DNA of 64,000 nucleotides, taken from contig CAVUZH010000022.1 in assembly GCA_963745835.1 (NCBI GenBank), positions 160,001 to 224,000 on the forward strand, written 5' to 3'. Origin of the DNA: an uncultured delta proteobacterium (lineage in GTDB: Bacteria; Desulfobacterota; Binatia; UBA9968). This document shows positions 49,231-59,072 of the stretch, piece after piece; position 1 is the stretch's first letter, and every line of letters starts with the position of its first letter. A program made the position numbers and the translations under genes. Under the pieces are notes generated by a model, which had not been told where the DNA came from, did no database searches, and worked only from the letters and a program-made list of their open reading frames with translations.

Positions 49231-50241
49231 TTACCGAAGAAAAATTTTCTGAAACTCCTTCTTCTTTTCGGCGTAAGCCTTGGTGTCGAACTTATCCATC
49301 GGGATGAACTGAATTTTGTCGGCGTCGGGTAGCGGTGGATAGATGCCTTTACGGTTAACGAACTCGCCCAGCTTGGCCATGATTTTCATGCTTTCGTCAT
49401 CCAAAAAATAGTCGATGAACAATTTTCCCGCGTTGGGACGAGGCGCCTTGTTATTGAGCGCAATGTAATTGCCGTCGCCGAGCATTTTCGGCAGTCTTAC
49501 ATAGTCTAAGGGGGCGCCGGTCTGGCCAAAGACATAGGTGTAATGGACCAGAGTAATGGCGATCGGAATCTCGCCGGTGGCGGCACGCTCGACCGGGGGC
49601 AACAGAGATTCCACAAGAGTGGGTTTGGTCGCCGCCAGATCGCGAATATACTTTTCGGCTTTCTCTTTGCCCATGAGCTTGTGCAGGCTCGCCAGCCACT
49701 GCGTCGTGGTTGTGTGTTGCGTGGGATCAGGCATGACCAATTTACCTTTATATTGGGGCTTGACGAGATCCTCTAAAGAAGCTGGAGCGTCTCCGGGTCT
49801 GATCACGTTCTTGTTGTAGACGATGCCGATAAGTAGATTGCGATAGCTCGGACCCAAATTGGGATCGATCAACTCTTTGGGATAAGCGGCCGCCGCCGGC
49901 GAGTCATACTTGGCAAAGACGCCCTCGCGCTGCATGATCAGCATCGGATCGGCAATGGTGACAACTACGTCGGCTAATGGCCTCCCGGCGCGGTGCTCGT
50001 TGAGCGCTCGATCCATGACTTTCGTCGAAGACGCGCGCCAAAATTCCATTTCGATACCGGTCTTGTTCTTAAAAGCGTTCCCCACACTCTCGGCGATACT
50101 CGTCTCCATTGAGCTGTAGACCACGACCTTACCGCCCTCTTTTTTTGCCTCCGCAATGAGCTTGGAATCCTGAGCGAAAGCCGATTGTCCCGAGATCAAC
50201 CAAATAGAGATGAAGATGGCGCCACCAAATCTCTTTCTCAT
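49231..50241 (-). CDS. ABC-type extracellular solute-binding protein (Fe3+/thiamine/polyamine-type family)
   Basis: Signal peptide, AKKEGGKVVVYSS, IVYNKN, APRPNAGKLFIDY. Confidence 0.88.
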   Translation of the reverse strand: MRKRFGGAIFISIWLISGQSAFAQDSKLIAEAKKEGGKVVVYSSMETSIAESVGNAFKNKTGIEMEFWRASSTKVMDRALNEHRAGRPLADVVVTIADPMLIMQREGVFAKYDSPAAAAYPKELIDPNLGPSYRNLLIGIVYNKNVIRPGDAPASLEDLVKPQYKGKLVMPDPTQHTTTTQWLASLHKLMGKEKAEKYIRDLAATKPTLVESLLPPVERAATGEIPIAITLVHYTYVFGQTGAPLDYVRLPKMLGDGNYIALNNKAPRPNAGKLFIDYFLDDESMKIMAKLGEFVNRKGIYPPLPDADKIQFIPMDKFDTKAYAEKKKEFQKIFLR

Positions 50242-50287
50242 TTTCTCCTCCTAAATGGCGACAAAGCTGCGAGAAGCTAGAACTAAT

Positions 50288-51433
50288 TTATATGTTATAA
50301 AATCGCGCCGCATTTTCGCCTAAGATGGCGCTCTTCTCCTCGGCGCTTATGATTTCCAACGCTTTGGTACTGGGAACACGTTCCCACTCGGTATCGCTGT
50401 GCGGATAGTCACTGGCATACATGAAAGTTTTGGCGCCTAGCCGATCAATCAGGTATCTCAAGTCTTCATGCTCATCGTAGCCAGTGAGAAAGCGGCCCGA
50501 CTTGATGTATTCCATCGGATCTCTCGTGGTTTCCGGAAGAAGATAGGGTGATTCGCCCCAGCCCTTCTCCAGGTGATGTCCGGCGCTAACTCGTTTTGCG
50601 TCGGAGACGTGCTTGTTCACCCATCTTGCCCAGTAGTGCAGCCAGGTGCCGTCAATCTCCAAGAAGGCGCAGCGAAGTTTGGGAAACTCAGCCATGATTC
50701 CCATCTGCGTCAAGGACATGAGAGCCACCATCATCGAGAACGGCATACATGTGATATGGGTCGAAAAGAAATCGGTGAAACAATCCGCCCACGGCGTATA
50801 GTGCATCCCAGTCACCGCGTGAAATCCAATGGGACAATCCAGATCGTTTGCGGCCTTGAAGAACGGATGGAACTCCGGCGAATGAAGCGGGCGGTCGCCA
50901 ACCATGCCGGGAATGGTCGCGGCCACCAAACCTAGATCTTTCACCGCTCGACGCATCTCCTCGACGGCGGCGGGCGGATCTTGTATCGGCACCAGCGCAA
51001 TGCCCTTGAGCTTATCGGGCGCTTGCCTGCACCGCTCGGCGACATAGTTGTTATGCGCGCGGCAAATCGCCGCGGCCAAACCCTTGTCCTCCACGTCCGA
51101 GACAAAGGCGAAAGCCGTGGGATAAACTACCTGAATATCGACACCCAAGAGCCCTAGGTCTTTGACACGACCGGCGACATCGTCGAGCGAACTGTCCTTC
51201 ATATGCATCTGTTTGTGCCGGGGCGACAAGTACAAGAAGCCGCCGGCGCCGACGCCTTTGGACAGGGGTATTCGCGGCACGAACTTTCCCTCCACGGCCC
51301 AACGTCCCTCTTCCATAGAATGACCTTGGATTTTGACTACGCGCGGCCGCTTTCCCCAATATTCCTTCTCGATGTATTCTTCGAATAAGTAGTGCGGCTC
51401 ATGGAAATGCCCATCCGAATCGATGACGCGCAT
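50288..51433 (-). CDS. Amidohydrolase family protein (Amidohydro_2)
   Basis: IDSDGH..EP, VVYPT, HNNY, FPKLRCAFLE, YASDYPH.D. Confidence 0.9.
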   Translation of the reverse strand: MRVIDSDGHFHEPHYLFEEYIEKEYWGKRPRVVKIQGHSMEEGRWAVEGKFVPRIPLSKGVGAGGFLYLSPRHKQMHMKDSSLDDVAGRVKDLGLLGVDIQVVYPTAFAFVSDVEDKGLAAAICRAHNNYVAERCRQAPDKLKGIALVPIQDPPAAVEEMRRAVKDLGLVAATIPGMVGDRPLHSPEFHPFFKAANDLDCPIGFHAVTGMHYTPWADCFTDFFSTHITCMPFSMMVALMSLTQMGIMAEFPKLRCAFLEIDGTWLHYWARWVNKHVSDAKRVSAGHHLEKGWGESPYLLPETTRDPMEYIKSGRFLTGYDEHEDLRYLIDRLGAKTFMYASDYPHSDTEWERVPSTKALEIISAEEKSAILGENAARFYNI

Positions 51434-51513
51434 AAGAGTTCTCCCGTTCTGCAAAAATTATCTCGTTAATCGACAGATTCTATAATCCAAACCCTCTACT
51501 GCGGCGGCCGAAT

Positions 51514-52536
51514 TTAAAAAAGAATGGTCTTCAGCTTTGCTAAGATGCCGACGTCCAACTTGAAGATCCCGTCCACCGTGGTTTTCATCTCCTCGGCTGT
51601 CACGGGCGCCAATCCGAGCTTCGCCTTCTCTGCTTCGGCGATGAATTCTTTATCCTTAACAGTCTCCTGCAAGGCTTTTTGCAGAATCTGCGCGCGGTCG
51701 CCAGGCGTGCCCGGAGGCAGGGCGAGAGTTTTGGTGATCTTGCTCGGATAATGGATGCCCACTTCAATCAGCTGTTTCGCTTCCGGCGTCTTCGCCAGAT
51801 CGATGGCCAACGGCACGCGCGGCAGATCCGGAAATGGTTTGGGTACGGTCTGCAGCACGATCAGCACCGTGCCTGACTCGATCGCGTTCTGCCACGCCCC
51901 ACGCATGGTGTCCCAGCCCCAGGTCGTGCCGTCGATCTCACCGCTCTCGGCAGCGAGCCGCATCTCCGCTGTGCCCTTGAATCCGGAGATAATTTGGATC
52001 GGCAGATTCAGCGCGGCCTTGATGACTTTGATTACGTTGTCGGTGCCGAACGCGCCCGGCCCGGTGGTGCCCATCTTCACCGGCGTCTTGGCCGCGATCC
52101 ATTGTTCCATATTGTTGATGCCGCTTGCTTTGGTTAAGGCGATAGCGCTCTCGTCTCGCGCCACCGCGCCGACAAAAACAAACTTGCGGGCGTCGAACTC
52201 GATACCAGGTTGACCCATGACTTGATTGAAGGCGAAGCCGCCGCTGAAGTGACCGAACGTCAAACCATCCGGCTTGGCAACTTTAAAAATATGATTGGCG
52301 GCGAGCAGGCTTCCAGCGCCGGTCATGTTCTCCACGACAATGGTCGGATTGCCGGGGATATACTTGGGCATGTGCCGTGAAAGCATCCGCGCCAGAGCAT
52401 CGTAACCGCCGCCGGGCGAGAACCCGACGATGATGCGGATGGTTTTCCCCTCATAGAAGTTATTCTGGGCCGATGCAGCCCCGGTAAAAAAGAATATGCA
52501 GACAATCAATGCTGTGCTGGTTATCAGCTTTTTCAT
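51514..52536 (-). CDS. Tripartite tricarboxylate transporter substrate-binding protein (TctC/Bug)
   Basis: FYEGKTIRIIVGFSPGGGYD, ENMTGAG, KPDGLT, PPGTP.DR. Confidence 0.92.
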   Translation of the reverse strand: MKKLITSTALIVCIFFFTGAASAQNNFYEGKTIRIIVGFSPGGGYDALARMLSRHMPKYIPGNPTIVVENMTGAGSLLAANHIFKVAKPDGLTFGHFSGGFAFNQVMGQPGIEFDARKFVFVGAVARDESAIALTKASGINNMEQWIAAKTPVKMGTTGPGAFGTDNVIKVIKAALNLPIQIISGFKGTAEMRLAAESGEIDGTTWGWDTMRGAWQNAIESGTVLIVLQTVPKPFPDLPRVPLAIDLAKTPEAKQLIEVGIHYPSKITKTLALPPGTPGDRAQILQKALQETVKDKEFIAEAEKAKLGLAPVTAEEMKTTVDGIFKLDVGILAKLKTILF

Positions 52537-52624
52537 TAACCGGCCCTCCCGCCAATCTTGACGTGCAAAGCTAATGGAGATGCCGGTAAAACGTCAAGCG
52601 GAAAACTTCGAATGAATCCTAAAG

Positions 52625-53950
52625 TTGACGACTGCTCCGGCAACAGCTACATTGCCACCACATTCCATCACTCGTCTTCCATTCCCGGTGACAATAGACT
52701 CAGAAACAAACGGCGCCAACGACCCCGCGGCGCCCATCCGACCCTGGTCGTCTCTCCTGATTCGGGACTATCGTCTGATTTTCATCACAATCCTGTGTAC
52801 CAACACTTCGATGCACATGCGCAACGTGGCGAGCCTGTACCAGGTCTATCAATTGTCAGGATCCTCGGTGCAGCTTGGTTTGGCGGGATTTTTTCAGGCC
52901 GTTCCGTTTATTTTCTTCGGGCTATTCGGCGGCGTGCTTGCCGACACTTACAATCGCAAGAAACTGATCCTATTCACCGCCGCAATCAACTTGCTGCCGG
53001 GTTTGGCCCTCGGGCTGTTGACCATCAGCGGCGTGGTCCAGGTTTGGCACATCAATGCTCTTAATGTCGTCACCTCATCGCTACAGGTGCTCGGCGGTCC
53101 GTCGCGCCAGGCGATCATCCCTAGCCTGGTGCCGCAATCCTATCTTCTAAACGCAGTGACTTTGTCGACCCTGATGATGCAGGGAACGCAGCTCACCGCG
53201 CCGGTGTTTGCCGGGTTCCTGATCGATTTCTTCGGCTTGGATGCTTCCTATATCGCTGATGCTTTGTTGCTGGTGCCGGCGATTTGTTGTGTTTTGCTGG
53301 TACGCAGTTCAGGGCAACCACAAGGCGCGCGGCGACAAGTAAGCTGGCGCAGCCTGATTGAGGGTTTTGAGTTCCTCTACCATACACGCATCATCCTGTC
53401 GCTGTTTCTCTTGGACTTCTTCGCCGTGCTGTTCGGTTTTTATCGTCCGATACTGCCGATATTCGCCGATGATGTCTTTCAAGTCGGCGCGCGAGGACTC
53501 GGCGCCCTCTATGCCGCGCCCGCAATCGGAGCTCTTATCGGCTCCGGCATGTTGCTGGCTATCGGGGACATAAAGCGTAAAGGAGCGCTGTCGATTGCCG
53601 CGACATTGCTCTTCGCCTTGAGCTTGGGTTTTTTGGGATTGTCGAGATGGTTTTGGCTAGGTTTGATAGCGGTCGGTGTTTTGGGATTGGCTGACGCCAT
53701 CAGCGTGACCATGCGCCGCACGGTCGTGCAGATACTCGCGCCTGACGATATGCGCGGCCGCGCCACCAGTTTTCTGACAGTCTTTGCCCAAACCACCAAC
53801 GCCCTTGGAGCGGTCATTGCCGGCGCCGGAGCGGCGCTGCTTGGCGCGCCCAACGCCGCGCTGGTGGGCTGCATACTTTGCACGCTAACCGTTCTGGCTG
53901 TTTGCTGGGCGATTCCGCAACTGTGGTGGTATCGCTCGGACGCGCCTTGA
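52625..53950 (+). CDS. MFS transporter (EntS/MFS_3-like)
   Basis: About 12 TM segments, GGVLADTYNRKKL, PSRQAIIP.LVP, PDDMRGR. Confidence 0.9.
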   Translation: MTTAPATATLPPHSITRLPFPVTIDSETNGANDPAAPIRPWSSLLIRDYRLIFITILCTNTSMHMRNVASLYQVYQLSGSSVQLGLAGFFQAVPFIFFGLFGGVLADTYNRKKLILFTAAINLLPGLALGLLTISGVVQVWHINALNVVTSSLQVLGGPSRQAIIPSLVPQSYLLNAVTLSTLMMQGTQLTAPVFAGFLIDFFGLDASYIADALLLVPAICCVLLVRSSGQPQGARRQVSWRSLIEGFEFLYHTRIILSLFLLDFFAVLFGFYRPILPIFADDVFQVGARGLGALYAAPAIGALIGSGMLLAIGDIKRKGALSIAATLLFALSLGFLGLSRWFWLGLIAVGVLGLADAISVTMRRTVVQILAPDDMRGRATSFLTVFAQTTNALGAVIAGAGAALLGAPNAALVGCILCTLTVLAVCWAIPQLWWYRSDAP

Positions 53951-53958
53951 GGAGGATG

Positions 53959-54004
53959 GTTCAAACGTTCAAATGTTCAAGGTTGAACTTGATCAGTTTT
54001 GAAC
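53959..54004. repeat. 8-bp-period GTTCAA/TTGAAC array
   Basis: GTTCAA at 53959, 53967 and 53975, then inverted TTGAAC at 53983 and 53999. Confidence 0.7.
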
Positions 54005-54042
54005 AAAATACGTTTCTCTTCAGCCGGTAGAAACTCAGATAT

Positions 54043-54492
54043 TTAGTTCGCCCCGACTATTTCCTCATAAGTCGGCGCCGGCATGCCATGCTTCCAAGTC
54101 GGATCACACAGCTCCAACATATTGCCGCTCGGATCGAGGAAGTATAATTCGCGACCGGTGAAATGACCTTTCTCCCGGTACACGATCGGCTCAGCGATCT
54201 TCACGCCATTTTCGTGAAACACCCGGCATCCTCTTTCCCACATTTCCGGACTTACCATAAATGCGTGATGAAGCCGATTGTCTTGTTGCGGAGTTCGGAC
54301 GGTTGCGTCGTTGCGGACGCAGAGAAGAATGTTGTGATCGCCGGCTTTAAAGCAGGACATCCCCGAGCCGCCCAAACGTCCCTTGGGTTCCAACCCAAGA
54401 AGCTCGCCATAAAATTTCTCGGCCTCCTCCAGATTGTTTACCGGAATCGACCAGTGGACCACACCGTCAACTTTCAATTCAGCCATAAGCAC
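54043..54492 (-). CDS. VOC/glyoxalase family protein
   Basis: VHWSIPVNNLEEAEKFY, HHAF, LYFLDPSGNMLEL. Confidence 0.9.
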   Translation of the reverse strand: MLMAELKVDGVVHWSIPVNNLEEAEKFYGELLGLEPKGRLGGSGMSCFKAGDHNILLCVRNDATVRTPQQDNRLHHAFMVSPEMWERGCRVFHENGVKIAEPIVYREKGHFTGRELYFLDPSGNMLELCDPTWKHGMPAPTYEEIVGAN

Positions 54493-54549
54493 CTCCCGAC
54501 AATCAATTGAGCAATAGAATCACAACGAACTGAGATTTTGCAAGTACGG

Positions 54550-55842
54550 TTAACTTTTCTCGAGCAGCACGACTGTTTCCACTTGCTCGGTTTGCGGGAA
54601 CATATCAAAGGGCTGGAGCCGCCGTATGCGATAATGTTGACCCACCAATTTGTGGAGGTCGCGCGCCAGGCTGTTCGGGTTGCATGATACGTAGATTAAC
54701 TTAGGAGCATTCACGGCCATGGTCGCTTCCATCGCCGCCGGCTGAACACCCTTGCGCGGCGGGTTGAGCACGACCAGATCGATTTCATCAAGAGTTTTTT
54801 TTGCTTCGGCCAGTTTTTCTGCCACATCACCCTCAAAAAAACGGCAATTCGATATGCCATTTCTGCGCGCATTCTGTTTGGCCGTGTCGATCGCCAGCGC
54901 GTTGTCATCGATTCCCCAAACCAGACGGGCATCGCCGGCCAAATAGAGCGAGATCGGTCCGACGCCGCAATAGAGATCGAGCACTGTCTCGATGCTCTTT
55001 AACTCTGCCATTTCGACTACCATGTCGTAGAGTCGTTTCGCCGTGGATGGATTGGCTTGTGAAAATACTCCGGCGGGAAATCCAAGAGTCAATGGGCCAA
55101 CCTGCTCGAGCAAGGTGTCGCGACCGGAGATGGTCCGGTAGTGATCTCCCCAGATCACGTTACCGCGCTCTTGGTTAACGTTCTGGATCACGCCATTGAT
55201 GAAAGAAAATTTACGACTCAACGACCGAGACAGTGCGCCTCCTTGAGGAAAATCGCGGTGGCGCGTCACCAAGGTAACGCTCAACTCGCGCTGGCCAAAG
55301 CTGTAGCGGAAGTCGAGATAGCGCAATTGTCCGCTGTCGTCTCTTTCGTCATAAGGCTCGATGCCCAGCTCCAGAATCTTCTTCTTTAGATATTGAAGTA
55401 CCTGATTGACGGGCCGGGGATGTACCGGGCACGATGAGATATCAATCACCCGATGGCTACCCGGCACATAAAGCCCCGTCGCGATTTCGCCACGGCTGCT
55501 GCGCACGACTAGTTTTATGCGCGCCCGATAACCCAGCCGGTGCGGCGCCGCCATCACCGATGACACTTCGGTATGAGCAAGCGACGGGTAGTTCGCCAGC
55601 GCGCCGGTCACGATATCGCGTTTCCTAAGCAGCTGCTCCGGATAAGGAACATGACTAAAAGGACAGCCGATGCAGTTTGGATAATGCGGGCACGAAGACT
55701 CGTACGGCCGATCCGCCGGCGCCAGCCGCTCGCGCGACTGCACCGGTTTGAATCGGGAATCGCGCTGTCTCTTGAATGATTCCCTATGGCTCTCTGATCG
55801 CCGGTTCCTTAGCGATGAGTCGCTGTTGAATTTATTTTTCAC
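54550..55842 (-). CDS. rlmD: 23S rRNA m5U methyltransferase (RlmD/RumA family)
   Basis: CPHY..C.GC, FSQAN, DLYCGVG, NPPRKG, YVSCNP, FDMFPQT..VE. Confidence 0.93.
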   Translation of the reverse strand: MKNKFNSDSSLRNRRSESHRESFKRQRDSRFKPVQSRERLAPADRPYESSCPHYPNCIGCPFSHVPYPEQLLRKRDIVTGALANYPSLAHTEVSSVMAAPHRLGYRARIKLVVRSSRGEIATGLYVPGSHRVIDISSCPVHPRPVNQVLQYLKKKILELGIEPYDERDDSGQLRYLDFRYSFGQRELSVTLVTRHRDFPQGGALSRSLSRKFSFINGVIQNVNQERGNVIWGDHYRTISGRDTLLEQVGPLTLGFPAGVFSQANPSTAKRLYDMVVEMAELKSIETVLDLYCGVGPISLYLAGDARLVWGIDDNALAIDTAKQNARRNGISNCRFFEGDVAEKLAEAKKTLDEIDLVVLNPPRKGVQPAAMEATMAVNAPKLIYVSCNPNSLARDLHKLVGQHYRIRRLQPFDMFPQTEQVETVVLLEKS

Positions 55843-55897
55843 TGATCAACGATACCGGCCAGCCTGATCCAAATCAATTGCGAAATCTCTTCTTTAC

Positions 55898-56021
55898 CAG
55901 GCTGCTGAAAAGGCCTCATATGCTTCGTTGCGCTTCGCCCGCCTCGCTTCAACGTACTGAAGCGTACGCCTCAGCTCGTCGAATTTTCGCGCCTCGCATC
56001 TGAGGCCTTTTGAGCAACCTG
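55898..56021 (-). repeat. ~125-bp palindromic MITE/REP-like element, copy 1 (opposite orientation to copies 2 and 3)
   Basis: Terminal inverted repeats CAGGCTGCTGAAAAGGCCTCATATGC and GCATCTGAGGCCTTTTGAGCAACCTG (23/26 match); central CGTAC-N6-GTACG. Confidence 0.88.
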
Positions 56022-56107
56022 CAAACAAGGTTTTCAGACAGCCTGCGAGGTGATAGATTTGCCTGGCATCGTCGTCTCCGCTGCGACAATCATCTCGCTA
56101 GGAAAAT

Positions 56108-56989
56108 ATGGTAGAACCAGTTCCAGATTTGTTCCGTGTAACCTTGCTCGGGACCGGAGCGCCGCCGCCGCTCTTAGGCCGCTTCGGGCCGAGCACCTTG
56201 ATCGAAGCCGGAGATCAAAAATTTATCTTCGATGCCGGGCGCGGCGCCATGCAGCGGCTGCACCAACTCGGCATCCCGTTTGCCGATATCACCGGTTTGT
56301 TGCTCACACACCATCATTCCGATCACGTGGTAGGTTTTGTCGATCTCTGGCTGACCGGCTGGATCGGCCGGCCCTGGGGAAACCGACAAACCCCTCTTCG
56401 GGTTTGGGGTCCTCGAGGGACAAACCAGATGATGGAACATTTACCGTTGGCCTTCGCGGTAGATCTGCGCGTGCGCAGCAGAAGCTATCCCATGGCCGGC
56501 GCCAAACTCGAATCAGAGGAGATCGAAGAAGGAGTTGTTTATTCGCAGAACGGCATCACCATAAGTGCATTCGAAGTCGATCATGGCGGCGAAGAGTTGC
56601 CCGCCTTCGGATACCGGATCGATTATCGAGGATGTTCCGCCGTGCTGTCGGGAGACACGACTTTCAATGAAAATCTAATCGACCATGCGCAGGGCGCCGA
56701 TCTGGTGGTTCACGAAGTCACTGCCGTTAGCGGCACTGCCGCCGAGAGTGCCGCGCAACTAAAACGGATCGGCAGCAATCATACCACCCCGGAGCAAGCC
56801 GGTGAGGTTTTCGCTCGGATCAAACCGAAGCTCGCGGTCTACAACCATCTCTTGCTCTTCGGCGGCGCCACGGCCGACGATTTGATCCCGGCCACCCGCA
56901 AGCAGTATTCCGGCCCGCTGCTCGTGGGAGAAGACTTGATGCGATTCGATGTCGGCGAAAATATCGAACCGCGGCAGTTTCGCAATTGA
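56108..56989 (+). CDS. MBL-fold metallo-hydrolase (RNase Z/AtsA-like)
   Basis: TLLGTGAP, FDAGRG, THHHSDH, SGDT, VHE, HTT, YNH. Confidence 0.9.
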   Translation: MVEPVPDLFRVTLLGTGAPPPLLGRFGPSTLIEAGDQKFIFDAGRGAMQRLHQLGIPFADITGLLLTHHHSDHVVGFVDLWLTGWIGRPWGNRQTPLRVWGPRGTNQMMEHLPLAFAVDLRVRSRSYPMAGAKLESEEIEEGVVYSQNGITISAFEVDHGGEELPAFGYRIDYRGCSAVLSGDTTFNENLIDHAQGADLVVHEVTAVSGTAAESAAQLKRIGSNHTTPEQAGEVFARIKPKLAVYNHLLLFGGATADDLIPATRKQYSGPLLVGEDLMRFDVGENIEPRQFRN

Positions 56990-57002
56990 GAAGTATCGTC
57001 CC

Positions 57003-57422
57003 CTACTCGCCGATAATTTTCACCAGCACCCGTTTGCGACGTTTGCCGTCGAACTCGCCATAGAAGATCTGCTCCCACGGACCGAAATCCAAACGGCCGT
57101 CGGTGATGGCGACGACCACCTCCCGGCCCATCACCTGCCGCTTGATGTGCGCGTCGGCATTGTCCTCGCCGGTATCGTTATGACGGTACTGTTTGAGCGG
57201 TTCGTGTGGCGCCAATTTTTCCAGCCAAACACCATAGTCCTGGTGCAGGCCTGATTCGTCATCGTTGATGAACACCGAAGCGGTGATATGCATGGCGTTC
57301 ACCAGGACCAAGCCGTCGTCGACACCGCTTTCTCGAATGCATTCCTGCACCTGCCCCGTGATATTAACGAACGCGACCCGGGTCGGCGTATTAAACCACA
57401 GTTCCTTACGGTAGCTCCTCAT
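57003..57422 (-). CDS. YjbQ (UPF0047) family protein
   Basis: [47 protein letters not shown] before ATG 57422. Confidence 0.93.
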   Translation of the reverse strand: MRSYRKELWFNTPTRVAFVNITGQVQECIRESGVDDGLVLVNAMHITASVFINDDESGLHQDYGVWLEKLAPHEPLKQYRHNDTGEDNADAHIKRQVMGREVVVAITDGRLDFGPWEQIFYGEFDGKRRKRVLVKIIGE

Positions 57423-57518
57423 GTGCTCACTCCTAAAACAGTCATTTGATCTATCCTGTAAGAATCTATACAAACTATAAGAGTATGCGTACACCCACCG
57501 GCAACTGCGTGGTTGTCG

Positions 57519-57548
57519 TTGAACGTTTGAACCGTTGAACTGTTGAAC
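57519..57548. repeat. 8-bp-period TTGAAC array (4 copies)
   Basis: TTGAAC at 57519, 57527, 57535 and 57543. Confidence 0.75.
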
Positions 57549-57573
57549 CATTTCACCGGAGGTTAGAGGTTAG

Positions 57574-59035
57574 ATGAGCGAGATTCGATTTATCGACACA
57601 ACCGTGCGTGACGGCAACCAAAGTCTCTGGGCCCTCAACATGCGAGTTGGCGCGATGCTACCGATCGCCGAGCAGATGGACCAGGCCGGCTTCGAATCGA
57701 TGGAGTTCTTCTTGAGCGTCATGTTCAAGAAGTATGTGCGCGAGCTCAAGGAGAACCCATGGGAGTGGGTTCGCGAAGGCACCAAGCGCATCAAGAAAAC
57801 TCGCTTGCGCTATCACGGAGGGATGCACAGCGCTTTCGAGAAAACCCCTCACTGCATTCTCAAGCTGCTGATTGAACGGCTAGTCTCCTATGGCCTTACC
57901 GTAACTCGAACGTCGAACTCCTGGAACGACTTCGCCGACTTCAAAGAAGAAATAGCCGATTTGAAAAAAACCGGCATGGATACTGTCGCCAATCTCATCT
58001 ACTCGGTCTCGCCTCGTCACACCGACGAATACTACGCCCGGAAAGCCAAAGAAGCGGCAGCAAGCAATCCATGGCGAATCTGCTTCAAGGACGTCGGCGG
58101 CTTACTCACGCCAGAGCGAGCGCGGACTCTGATTCCCGTCGTGCTTAAGAGCGCGGGAAAGATCCCGGTGGAATTCCACGCCCATTGCAACAGCGGCCAG
58201 GCGCCGTTGTGCTATCTCGAAGGGGTCAAACTCGGCATGAGAATTCTTCATACCGCCGTGCCGCCGTTGGCCAACGGTTCGTCGCAGCCATCGATCTTCA
58301 ACATCGCGCACAACCTGCGCGCTCTCGGCTATACTCCGATGGTGGATTTGAAACCGCTTGAAGCTGTTGAAAAACATTTCACCGCCGTGGCCAGAAAATC
58401 CGGCTTGCCGATCGGCAAACCGGTCGAGTACGACCAGTCACAATATCTGCATCAAGTCCCCGGAGGCATGATCTCCAACATGCGCCACCAGCTCAAGATC
58501 GTCGGCATGGAGCACAAGATGGAGGCCGCGCTCGACGAAGCCGCTCACGTTCGAAAAGATTTCGGCTATCCGATCATGGTGACGCCGCTGTCGCAGTACG
58601 TCGGCACGCAAGCCGCGATCAACGTGCTTCTCGGAGAGCGTTACAAAGAGGTGCCTGATCAGGTGATTCAGTATGCGCTGGGCTTTTGGGGCAAAGAAGC
58701 GGTCGAGGTCATGGACCCCGATGTTAGAGATAAAATTTTAAGCCGCCCACGCGCCAAAGAATGGACCCATTGGGAACAACCCGAACCGACCCTGAATGAA
58801 GTCAGGCAGAAGCTAGGCGTTCATCTCTCCGATGAAGAGTTGATCTTGCGCTTTTTCGCCGGCGACGACTACGTCAATGCGCTGCCGGACGGCGGCAAGC
58901 CGCGTCGAGTATCTGAACGGAGATCTGCCTTTGGTAAAGCTGATCGAACAGCTCAGCCAGCGCGAGGGTTCGAATCAAATCTTTATCAAGCGACCCGGCT
59001 TCTCGGTCAGGATGGAGAAAAGAAGCGCGGTCTGA
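57574..59035 (+). CDS. Pyruvate carboxylase subunit B/oxaloacetate decarboxylase alpha-like carboxyltransferase, with an apparent +1 frameshift near the 3' end
   Basis: DTTVRDGNQSLWA, FKDVGGLL, EFHAH, HQVPGGMISN, GYPIMVTP.SQ. The alternative frame after ~58906 reads EYLNGDLPLVKLIEQL...FSVRMEKRSAV* and ends at 59035. The uncorrected ORF ends at 59130. Confidence 0.85.
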
Positions 59036-59039
59036 ATTT

Positions 59040-59072
59040 TCGTGTTCGTGCTCGCGTGTTCGTGTTCGTTCG
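59040..59072. repeat. Degenerate TCGTGY hexamer tandem repeat
   Basis: tcgtgt tcgtgc tcg cgtgt tcgtgt tcgt tcg. Confidence 0.6.

Noticed and set aside
53959-57548. TTGAAC arrays as CRISPR repeat ends or LexA boxes
   Set aside because: The 8-bp period leaves no spacers. The geometry matches neither GAAC-N4-GTTC nor GTTC-N7-GTTC, and one array lies between convergent genes.
57423-57551. Upstream extension of the YjbQ ORF to 182 aa
   Set aside because: The extension crosses the divergent promoter region and the TTGAAC array; an AGGAG RBS supports ATG 57422.
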